NCBI GenBank assembly: GCA_951406725.2
Contig: OX597821.1
Coordinates: 83,514,001-83,578,000, forward strand
Reading direction: 5' to 3'
Length of the DNA: 64,000 nucleotides
From: Octopus vulgaris
Taxonomy: Eukaryota
The first letter of the stretch is position 1. Every line of letters begins with the position of its first letter. A program made the translations under genes and the position numbers. Positions 41,955 through 53,337 of this stretch are shown here, one piece after another. The notes beneath the pieces are model-generated. The model had not been told where the DNA came from, ran no database searches, and was given only the letters and a program-made list of their open reading frames with translations.

Positions 41955-42325
41955 TTTACTTTTACCTTTTACTTGTTTCAGTCCTTGGATTGTGGCCATG
42001 CTAGAGCAGCACCATGAAGGGTTTTAATCAAACAAATCAACTCCAGTGCTATTTTTTAAGCTTGGTACTTATTCTGTTGGTCTCTTTTGCTGAACCTCTA
42101 AGCCACGGGAACATAAACAAACCAACACCTACTGTCAAGCAGATATGGAAGACAAACACATGATAGGCTTCCATACAGTTTCTGTTCACTAAATTCACTC
42201 ACAAGGCATTGGTTGGCCCAAGGCTAAAGCAAGACACTTGCCCAAGGGACTGTATAGTGAGAGTGAACTTGAAACTACATGGTTGCAAATGTGAGCTTCT
42301 TAACCATACAATTATGCCAGCACCT
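41955..42325 (-). mobile_element. SINE family B (old, CpG-decayed)
   Basis: ttttacttgtttcagtcc...gtacttattctgttggtctc...ttcttaaccataca. Confidence 0.7.
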
Positions 42326-45300
42326 AAATATTAATTAATGCTATATAATTAATTCTTGTAATCTGTTACTCTTAATGTATTGTAGTTATCATATGTAAAA
42401 AGCAAGGAGTTTCATAATGGCTGATACTTGGCACTAATTGGAAGTCAAAATTCTATCTGGATAGGATTCTAGACTATTGCAGGCTGAATTTCCCTAAGAT
42501 CTTAAACTATAAGAATTGAGGTAGTTACTGTGTAGGAAATGAAATCTTTGATGTTTCAGATTCTCTTCCTTCAACAAAGTTTAGGAAAAAAAAACTGGGA
42601 GTTGTTAGCTAGGTGGCATTACAGGAAACAGTTGGCTGTCTTTCATGGCAAATGAACTTTTTTTAATAGCTAATTCAAAAGTGTAAGGGCAGAACCCTTG
42701 ATCCTTTTACAAGGCTTTTGAGACAGGTAGGAGGAAATTATCCTCAGGTTTGAGACTTCACTCAAATGCTTGCATCAGAATGTACCCAGTAAAAAGGCAG
42801 CCAAGGTGTATAGGTGATGGTGTTAAACCAGGTAACTGAGAGTAGATCCTGTTGTAAAAACTTTAAATATTTTACAGCAGGTGTTAAAAGGTCAGGTGAA
42901 TTGGGGCATCTTTTCACAACCTAACACTGACACAAACAGTTTAAAACACATAACAAATAATTAATGATCACACAGCTTCCTGTAAGATATCTTTGTTGTT
43001 GTTTTTTTTTTCTTTTTAATTTACATAACATTTTGACTGCTAATATCTCGGATGGTTTCTCAGCCTTGCATTTTGTTACATATTAATAGATTTTAGAAGA
43101 GAGAGAAAGTGATATCGATGATAAAGAAAAGAAAATGGAAAAATATCAAAAAGTGTTAAAATAGAAAAAAAAAAACCGAAAAGCTGTTTCGAACATTATG
43201 CTAACAAAAGGCAATAATTCTTTAAAATTTTCTTCCCCCTTCTTTTCTTTTGCTAACCCCAGAGTTAGGATCAGACGAAACAGCTAAAAAGAAAGTCTAG
43301 GAAAAACTAGAAGGCTATAGTAATTAGCTAAAGATGCAAAAGAGCAGTCATTGATTTGACTTCTGTTCAGCAAAATCAGTCTGACAGGCAAGTTATCCCG
43401 GTAATGAAGCAGAGCTACTCAAGATGAGAAAGTCAGGCAAAACTGGAGAAATAAGGCAGAGATTTCTCTAAAGACACTAATGGGAAATATCTCAAGTTGA
43501 CTGAAGTGTTAACGATTAAAAGTTGCAAAAGGGTATAATACATCTTTCTTAATTGCTTTCCTTTCAGAGATTTTGTTTTTCATCTCTCTCTCTCTCTCTA
43601 TCTCTTTCTCTCCCTGTCTCTTTTCTGTTTCTATCTATCTGTTTCTCTCTCTCTCTCTCTATCTGATCTCTTTTATTTATTTATTCATCGTATATTTATT
43701 TTTTACTCTTCGTATATTTATTTTTTTACTGCTTTGATTTCACCCCCTTTTTTTTTTCTCTCCTGTCTGATAATCAGGCATATAATCGAGACGTAGAAAA
43801 ATAAATAGGATGCAAAAATTGTTACCTAAATAATCATGAAATAAAAATAAAATTTCATACAAAGTGGGAGCTGACCTCAGAAAAACATAGGATGTCACGA
43901 AGCTAAATAGATACTGCGATGAAATGGAGAGAGGGTGCAATACAGACATGTTTAAATACTTGTAATGAATAAGAAAAACAGATGTTAGAATGATGATGAT
44001 GATGATAGCAGTGATAGTTGCAGTGGTGGTGGTGGTGGTGGTGGTGGTGGCAACATTAAAGATGGCGATAACGATGATGATGGTGACAATGACAACAATT
44101 TTGATTGCAATTAAAAAAAAAAATGTTTGTAAAAAGATTGATTTTTAAAAATTAAGTCTTTAAGGAGATTCAAATGATAACAAAATGCAAAGCAAAATTC
44201 ACTGGTATTTAATTTTATTTTGGAAGTAATTTTTATAATTAAAAACTAATTAAAATATAGTTGTGTTTTTAATCAGCTTGGATGATATTTTTGAAAAAAC
44301 AGGAAAAAGGTAATCTTTTAAACTTACAAAATTGTTTTAAATAAAAATTTTACCACTTATAAACAAATAAGGTGTATGCATGTGTTTTTTTTTATTTTTT
44401 TTTTTTTACAAGTAATATCAAGTCTGTACAAGGTGTTAGCTTCAAACTTCCTTAGTGACTGAATGATTTTTGCTGACAGTGATAATAATGATGACGATAA
44501 TGATGATGGTGGTGGTGGTGGTGGTGGTGGTGGTTATGGTGATAGGGGGCAGTAGAGAAAAGGATGTTAAATCTGCTAGCTTTTTTGCTGTTTTTTTTTT
44601 TTTCTTTGAGGACATTCTGACCAGAGGCCTGTCACACTCTATGCACAACTGGTTGCTTCAAAGTAAAGTAATTGGCATGAACGAATAGAGTGAACAAAAG
44701 CAATTATAAGATTGAGCACAATGCTCTGTTGTTACGGTGCATTCTCAATGAGGTTGACAGTTTTGCAGAGGATAAATGAGGGAGAGCATGTTCAGAACAC
44801 AAGGATAAATGAGGGAGAGCATGTTCAGAACACAACGGTAACACATGCTGATGTTGGTTAGGAAGTATAAGTTATTAGATTTAAGACATTGTTTTAAGAA
44901 GAGATTTGCAGTGATCCAGTTGAGTTGATGTCTGAAGAGGAAGAAGACATCCGCAAAATTTGTGGATGGTCTTTAAGAAAGATGACTAAAAGTTCAGGCC
45001 ATGGCTAGTGAAGTTGTAAAGTATGCTTGACATGCACTGAATGAAAGTGGTTTGGGCTTGGTTAATTATCCATTGAGCTTAGTTGTAAACTGTGACAAAA
45101 GTTTAAGTTGCAATTAAAGCAGAGGTGTGACTCTTCTTTGGGTTTGACTCAGTGTCCTTGTAACAGAAATATTAATATAAACCAATAGTTCCACTTTTGT
45201 TCTTATTTAGTGAAATGGTAGAAAACAGAGTTAATTTACATTATAGACCAATCTCATGAAACGTCATGGGAAATGATTTCTTCACAAAACCATTCTCTAA

Positions 45301-45811
45301 AAGGAGACAAACTTTTGAAATCTGAATGTAAAAGAACAACAGTACCATCATCATCATCATCATCAACAACAAAATAACAACAATAATTTCATCTATTGAC
45401 TCTGGTGGGAATATTTTGCTCATTTTAAGAAACCATCTTTCCGTTTGTAGTTTTCTTGTTTCATTTCTTTTTATGGTATAAACGCTTTTTTGTGTTGTTA
45501 TTTCGGAAACAAATTAAATAAAAGAATCTATAATAGATATATATTTCAATCTGGAATATAATACGTGAATATGCTTTGTAGTAGATATTTTGAAAATAAG
45601 TATCTCATAGGAAAAAGATTTTCCCACGTTGTCAGCGCTCATTTATATAACTGCAGAGTCATGGTTTTGTATACAAACATAAAACACTTTATAAAAAAAG
45701 CCTCATACAGGAGGCCACACATATAAACCATAACTTTAATGCTTTTTTTAATAAAAGAAATAATAAAAAATAAACTATACTTAACACACTAAACTTTATT
45801 TATTATTATTA

Positions 45812-45890
<79 letters not shown>

Positions 45891-46522
45891 TGTGTTTATT
45901 TATTTGCTAAGATTGTTGTGTTGCTGTAAATTGTACCTTGGGACTTGTTTGTGCTATATTTTTATTTTTTCTGTTAACTTCCCACCTTTCTGAATTTGTA
46001 AATTTTCCCACTTCGCTGTAGATGTTACACATTTTCAAACAAGCTTTTCTTAGAAGATACTCCTTCAAAATGACCTTAGTATTTCTCAAAATTTATTTTA
46101 ATTAACTATTTATTTATTTTTTTATTCTTTCCACCATCAAAAGTCTTTAAAGAATAGTTAAACATTCAGCTCATTCTTGGGTGCAGAAAAGAAGTTCATC
46201 CTTAAATATTTTCATTACATATTTGCTGCACAGAAACTGAAAGAAATCCATTGTATATGTGTGTGTGTGTGTGTCTTTGTGTACCCTTATTTAGATATTG
46301 TGAGATGGTTGTGAATGACCTTCACCATTATATAAGCGATGTTATTTGTTTCTAGTTTTCCGTTAAAAAAAGCATGTCTGGCTGTGAGATATATTACCTG
46401 GCTTCGAAACAGGTAAGGGTTGGTGACAGGATGAGCATCCAGCCATGCAAAATCTACCTCAACAATTTCTTCCTGACTCATGCAAGCATGATAAAGTGGA
46501 CAAAACAATAATAATAATAATC

Positions 46523-46810
46523 CTCTTAAGTACAACATAGCCTGGCTATGGAAAAGGAAAAAGGTGAAGATCGTGCCAATTACTGTTGGTTCCTTGGGGA
46601 CAGTATCAGAAGGCATCAAGAGGAATATAATGGAAATTGGAATAGAGTGCCCAGTAGAACTGTTGTTACAAAAGGTTTGCCTCCCTGGCATGGCCAGAAT
46701 AACCAGGAAAGTATTAGGTAGCTGAAAAGAACAAATAGCATGGTAATGTAGGCTGCAGGTAGTAAGCCTGCTACGCATGCAAGACTCCAAGTGTTACAAC
46801 AAAACCTGAG
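46523..46810 (+). mobile_element. R4/Dong-type non-LTR retrotransposon 3' fragment
   Basis: LKYNIAWLWKRKKVKIVPITVGSLGTVSEG...LQKVCLPGMARITRKVL, C-terminus of a restriction-like-endonuclease element; flanked by (AAT)n. Confidence 0.8.
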
Positions 46811-46845
46811 ATAAAAAAAAGAATAAATAAATAAATAAATTAATC

Positions 46846-46882
<37 letters not shown>

Positions 46883-46902
46883 TAATAATAATAATAATAA
46901 TA

Positions 46903-47452
46903 TGATGCAGTACCAGGCAGTGGCTCTCATGGCTTCTGATCTTAACTGATTGGAAGTGTTATCATGTACATTGTTTTGTCTTGGTATAAAAGATGGGATA
47001 CAGCAAATATTCTGTTCAATACCACAGATTTGATTGTCAGTTGTTTGACCTTAACCAGCTGAGCATGTCTCTTAGTGGCTGACGATATGTGCATCTCTGA
47101 TCACGAGCAGAAGTAGTGGGGGAGCATCATAGCCATGTGTTGAGAGGGATTCTTTGGGGTTTGAATAATTCACCTCTGGAGACATGGGTGGTTTTTTCAA
47201 TATCCTTAAACAACCCTTATTCAGGGACCGTTTGAGCGGGATGGGCCACTCAACCTGAAGAAAATTCTAACTGGGCCCCACCTGCAAGGTCATGTGCAGT
47301 TTATCTTGATATGAGATCACCATGTCGCGCACATATGGTTGTGATGCATGTGCCTGGTGTGCCCTTATCAGACGGGTAGTCATGATGGGTATATTGAGCT
47401 TCGTATATTTTACCCCAGTGTCACTTTGATGGCATGCACTGCTCTCTCACTC
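46903..47452 (+). mobile_element. About 550-bp non-coding retroposon in a (TAA)n array (putative Dong-dependent element or 3'UTR)
   Basis: Homologous to 49641-50170 in opposite orientation; both copies bounded by (TAA)n at both ends. Confidence 0.7.
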
Positions 47453-47579
47453 AATAATAATAATAATAATGTGGGTGCTAAAGTGGCTAAGAAAGGTAAA
47501 TCCAGACAAAATGTTTTTCAGTAAATTTTGCCTTTTAACCTTCCAAGATTGATAAAATGAAGAACTATTCATACTTCGT

Positions 47580-47745
47580 TCTTATTAGTACAAGCCTTTT
47601 GTAACAGTTCTACTGGGAACTCTATTCCAATTTCCTTTATATTCCTCTTGAAGCCTTCTGATACTGTTCCCAACGAACCAACAATAATTGGCACTCTCTT
47701 CACCTTCTTCATTTTCCATAGCCAGACAATTTCATACTTAAGAGG
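47580..47745 (-). mobile_element. R4/Dong-type 3' fragment (same subfamily as 46523)
   Basis: LKYEIVWLWKMKKVKRVPIIVGSLGTVSEGFKRNIKEIGIEFPVELLQKA. Confidence 0.78.
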
Positions 47746-47869
47746 GTTGTCTCTATCTTTTCATTTTCCTTCTGACCTATTTGGGGGTCAAAGGGGCATA
47801 TGTCAACTATATAGCATATGTGGTGCATACATTATTATTATCATCATTATTATTATTATTATTTCCTTC

Positions 47870-48390
47870 TTTCTTCAAATTTTTTTCTGTTTCTTGCCGA
47901 GTGTTTTCCGTACACCTAGGGCAGAGAAGCTCATTGTATGCATTCCCAGATTACACAAGCAAATTCACAGGTAAAATATGTATTTAAAAAATTAATAAAT
48001 AAATAAATTCATGAATGGATGTTGTTTTCACAGCGATAATGCTCTTCTTAGTACATGAACCGCTCCAGTTAACACGATTTTTTTGCAATTCCTGTAGGGA
48101 TGGTAAGCCTGATATCATTTTCAAATAGGTTTCAGAACCTTTTTAATAATTCCTAGAGCTCCTACAATCACTGGTACTGTAGTCGCCTTGAGATGCTACA
48201 TTTTTTCAATTTCTATTAGTAAGTCTTTATATTTACTGATCTTGTCAAATTCTTTCGCCTCTATATTGTGATCGCAAGGAATAATCATGTCAATTAATAA
48301 ACACATCCTTTTTGTCTGATCTTTTATAATGATATCTGGTTTATTAGCTTTATAGTTTTGTCAGTATGTACAGGGATTAGCTTTTATAGT
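47870..48390 (-). mobile_element. R4/Dong-type non-LTR retrotransposon fragment with restriction-like endonuclease
   Basis: IKANKPDIIIKD...CLLIDMIIPCDHNI...KISKYKDL...VPVIVGALG (PD..D..KY endonuclease signature); bounded by (ATT)n/(GAT)n. Confidence 0.88.
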
Positions 48391-48431
48391 TTTGTCGGTA
48401 TGTACGGTGATGATGATGATGATGATGATTA

Positions 48432-48468
<37 letters not shown>

Positions 48469-48589
48469 TATTATTGTTATTATTATTACGTTTATATATT
48501 CGTTGTGCAAGAATTTTTATGTGAAATCGTGTGTTGAAACAGATATTGTTGTATTTCGGAATGGTCATTTTGCCAGTTTAGCCAATAAA

Positions 48590-48924
48590 AACACACGCAC
48601 TATATATTTGGTGTTATTTTGCTTCAGTGTTATTTATTTTTTACATTAAACTTAATCTTATTTCGGCCAGAGTTCTTTCGTCACACTCCTGTGACCGCAT
48701 CAGTGGTCCTTTGCTTTCTTCTTTCTTATTTGTGTGTCTCTCCTTACTATCCGTCAGCCATTTTGTATTTTCAAAAAAATGCAAATAAGAAAGAAGAAAG
48801 CAAAGGACCACTGATGCAGCCACAGGAGTGTGACGAAAGAACTCTGGCCGAAATAAGATTAAGATTAATGTAAAAAATAAATAACACTGAAGCAAAATAA
48901 CACCAAATATATAGTGCGTGTGTT
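48590..48924. repeat. Long inverted repeat (144-bp arms, 47-bp spacer) with a hammerhead-like motif in each arm
   Basis: 48590-48733 is the reverse complement of 48781-48924 with about 3 mismatches; arms contain ggacca CTGATGC g gtcac aggagt gtgac GAAA g aa c TC tggcc. Confidence 0.92.
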
Positions 48925-48974
48925 GTTGTTATTATAATTATCATTATTATTATTATTATTATTATTAAGACCAC

Positions 48975-49415
48975 AAGGTGGCAGAATCATTGCTGCACGG
49001 GCAAAGTGTTTAGCAGCATTTCCTCTATCTCTACAGTCTGAGTTCAAACTCACCAAGGTTGATTTTGCTTTCCATCCTTTCAGGATCAATGAAATAAATA
49101 TCAGTTGGAAACTGGGGTTGATGTAATCAACTAGCTCCCTGCTCCCAGAATTTCAGGCTTTATGCCTATAATAGAAAGGATTACCATCAATTATTATTCA
49201 GGTGGTGAGCTGGCAGAATCATTAGCATGCCAGGCAAAATGTTTAGCGCCATTTCATCCATCCTTGTGTGCTGAGTTCAAATTCCTCCAAGGTTGACTTT
49301 GCCTTTCATCTTTTTAGGATCAATGAAATAAATACCAGTTATGTACAGAGGTTGATGTAATTGACTTGCCCCCCTCCCCAAAAATTTCATGCCTTGTGCG
49401 TATAGTAGAAAGGAT
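48975..49415 (+). mobile_element. Two tandem SINE family C copies
   Basis: ggtggcagaatcatt...gagttcaaa...aaataccagtt...tagaaagga at 48975 and 49200. Confidence 0.75.
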
Positions 49416-49640
49416 AATCACTATTATTATTTGTGCTGGTTCCACATAAAAGCATCTAACACACTCTGTAAAATGGTTGGCATTAGGAAGGGCATCCAGT
49501 CATGGAAACCATGCCAAATCAGACTGGAGCTTGGTGCAGCTCTCTGGCTTACCAGCTCTGGTCAAACCATTTGACCCATGCCAGCATGGACAAAGGACAT
49601 TAAAAGATGTTGAGATGATTATTATTATTATTATTATTAT

Positions 49641-50170
49641 AGAGTGAGAGAGTAGTGCATGCCATCAAAGTGACACTGGGGTAAAATATACAAAGCCCAA
49701 TATACCCATCATGACTACCCTCTGATAAAGGTACACCAGGTACATGCATCACAACCATATGTGTGTGAAAACATATGTTTATCAAGATAAACAGCACATG
49801 ACCTTGGAGGTGGGGCCCAGTTAGAATTTTCTTCAGGTTGAGTAGACCATCCCGCTCAAAAGGTCCCTGAATAAGGGTTGTTTAAGGATGTTGAACGACA
49901 CACCTATGTTCCCAAAAGTGAATTATACAAACCCCAAGGAATTCCTCTCAATACATGGTTATGATGCTACCCCCACTACTTCTGCTTGTGATCAGAGATG
50001 CACGTATCGTCATGCTAAACTGGTAATGGTCAAACAAATCTGTGGTCTTGAGCAGAACATTTGCTGTAGCCCATCTTTCATAACAAGACAAAGCAATGTA
50101 CATGATAACAATTCCAATCAATTAAGATCAGAAGCCATGAGAGCCACTGCCTGGTACTGCATCAGGGCAA
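49641..50170 (-). mobile_element. Second copy of the 550-bp (TAA)n-embedded retroposon
   Basis: Reverse complement of 46903-47452 (gagagccactgcctggtactgcatcag...; gagtgagagagtagtgcatgccatcaaagtgacactgggg). Confidence 0.7.
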
Positions 50171-50174
50171 TTAC

Positions 50175-50220
<46 letters not shown>

Positions 50221-50958
50221 GTTATTGTTATTATTATTAGTCCTTGGCTACAGATGACACAAACCAACAGTATCAATACAATAGCAACTTACCTGAACCT
50301 ACATGGTTCCAAAGCTAGCTTCAGAACTACAACCCATGCCTGCACTTACATACCCACATCCTCGTGTGTGTATGTGTGTTACCTTGTCTCGACATCATGT
50401 GAAAGTTGTCAATGAGTGCTACCGTAGAAATGGTGTTGTTTGTTCCCAATCTTCAGTGTAAACATATCAGGCCATGAGGAAATATCACCTTGCTTGGAAA
50501 CAGGTGAGGGCTGGCAACAGGAGGGACATCTGGCCACAGAAAAATCCACTCATCAAAATCCAGCTGATTTATGCAAGCATGATAACGTGAACATTAAAAC
50601 AATGATTGATCATGATGACCATATATGTACGTATCCAGACACACACACACACACACACACACGTTTGGGCAAACAAACAAAAGAAAGAATGTACAAGTTG
50701 TAGTATTTATTTATTAGTTGAAAGCTGAAGATCCATTCTGCTGCTTCACAAAGGTTCTCACTATGTGAGTTTCAGGGCAAGGACTTTCCCAGTAGGGATG
50801 ACCTGAATAGGCTTTCTGTGAATTTGTAAGTGCATGTATGCGTGTGTATACCTATCTATCTATGTCTGTCTGTCTGTCTATCTTTCTACCTATCTATCTG
50901 TCTATCTACCAGTCTATTTATCTATCTACTTCCCACCCTCTCTCTCTCTATCTATCTA

Positions 50959-51000
<42 letters not shown>

Positions 51001-53233
51001 AAGTACATGTGTTTAGTGATGAGTGTGTGAAGCACAGACCACCAAATGATGTACTAAATTATGTATCCCTCTTTCCCAGCTTCTAACCACCTCTCTGACC
51101 CCAAGTGCAACCCTTGGGTGGATGACATGCCAAACAGTGAAACAGATTACCAGATAATTGCCAACTGAGAAAGGTGACAGGATGCTTCTCTCTGTTTGAC
51201 TCTGGGTTAGTGTTACACAGCGCTCACAAGTGAATGTGTGCGTTTTTCTGTATGCATGTGAATGCGTGTATGTATGAGTGAAAGACAGAGACAGAGAGAG
51301 TGTGTGTGTATCTTTGTGTATGTGTGTGTCTTTGTCTATGTTTGTGTATATGCTTGTATGTATAAATCTAGTTGATCTCAAGCTTATAAACCAAAGGGCT
51401 CAACATACTATACTCCCACACTGCATGGTTTGACAAGTTTTACAGCCAGCTTTTAGGGAGATTTGATAGCTTTGAAATGCATAGCCTTCTGTATGTGTGG
51501 GAGTCTGAAGCTGTTATATTATTTACATAAACATACATATATATATATATTTAATTTGTTGTTTAATGTTGTTGTTTTCTGTAGGGTGTAGTGATCAGTA
51601 TTCTCTTTATTTTCATTTAAAATAAATTTCAAATGCTAAGGTCAGTCAACAACTGAAAGTTTCAAATTACATGAGTCTGTGTGTGTTGTGAATGTGTATG
51701 TTATGGATGTATTATGTGTATACATATGCATGTACCCACATATAGATATGTATATACGCATCAGTTTGTGTGTATATATGTATATTTAATATGCATGTAC
51801 ACATATCTATGTCAGTGTATATACACATTCATGTGAATATGTTTCTAAGTTTGAGTATGGATATATATAAGTGGGTGTATATAAATATTCATATATATAC
51901 TCATATACACACCGTCCTTGTTTTTATATACATTCACTGCTTTCTTCCAAGGAATCTAATGCTCTTAATTTAGTTTTTCCTTGGGGCTGGCCAGATTGGA
52001 GCAATCTCAAACATAACCAGCCGAGATTGCAAAGATAATCTGGAAAGAAAACTCTGAATGACCCGTCTTTGTTTTCTTTGTATCGTCCGTCTGGATGTTT
52101 TGTTGTCCCTTTTTGTATCACCTAACTGTCCAGATGTCTTGCGTTATTGTCCCATTTTGTAAATATATATATATACAAAACAGGGACAACAAAACATCCT
52201 GATAATGTATATATATGCATGTGAGCATGCATACATCCAAGTAAGTATGTATTTCTACACATTTGAAATATGCAACTAATAAGGTGAAAATGTTTCTAAA
52301 TATATATATATATATATATTCATATATGTTCATATGTTCATATTGAATGTATGTAAATGAATGAAGGTAAGTATATGCATGGTTATACATACATATGTAT
52401 GCAAGTGTTCATATGAACAAAAACCATATATATCATATATGTGTGTGTGTGTGTGTGTGTATGTGCACACACATGCATATATATGTCAATTTACAGTCAT
52501 ATGTATGTAGACAAGTAAATGTAGGCACATAGACACTGCTCAATCATCTCTAATGAATTCATAACTAATGAATTGCAAAAATAGATACATATATAAATGC
52601 ATATTATACATACAAACACACACAAACATCTCTATGTACATATACACGTAAATGTATGTGTGTTTATGCATTGTGGTTATGGGCACATAAGCCACACGTA
52701 TACACACACACATATGTATATATAAATATATATATACACCATACATATACACACACATATGCATACATATACAAACAATAATTCAAATACACATAATACA
52801 CAAATAGAGGTGTGTACACACATGCACATGCACACACTCACAGATTTAGATTAATTCATACATCCATCTATACACCTCCAACTGCTTAACCAATTAGTTA
52901 CCTACAATGTCAGGTGACATAAAGAACAAACAAAAGATAATTCCAGATGGGGAATGTACCCCCAACATAGACTAGTGCTTCCTGAGGGTGAGAAAGTAAG
53001 AGGGGTGGGGTGTTAAGTAGAAGGAAAGAGAGAGAGAGAGAAAAAAAAGGGAAAACAAGAAGGAAAAAAAGAAACGGGGGAGAGGGGGGAGATGGGGATG
53101 CAGATCCCTAGTATGTAAACATGGGAATAACAGATGTTAAAACATGGAGAATAGATAAAAGTAAGAGTTCAAATGCTGTTTGACATCAATATCATTAAAA
53201 CACGTATGTTTGTGTGTGTGTGTATATAAATAT

Positions 53234-53276
<43 letters not shown>

Positions 53277-53303
53277 AATATACTCTCTGTGTGTGTGAGT
53301 GTA

Positions 53304-53337
<34 letters not shown>

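Noticed and set aside
44770-44835. 32-bp perfect tandem duplication
   Set aside because: Simple slippage duplication inside a decayed LINE-like remnant; no sign of function
49888-50415. 175-aa ORF
   Set aside because: Antisense read through the 550-bp retroposon and an (ATT)n tract
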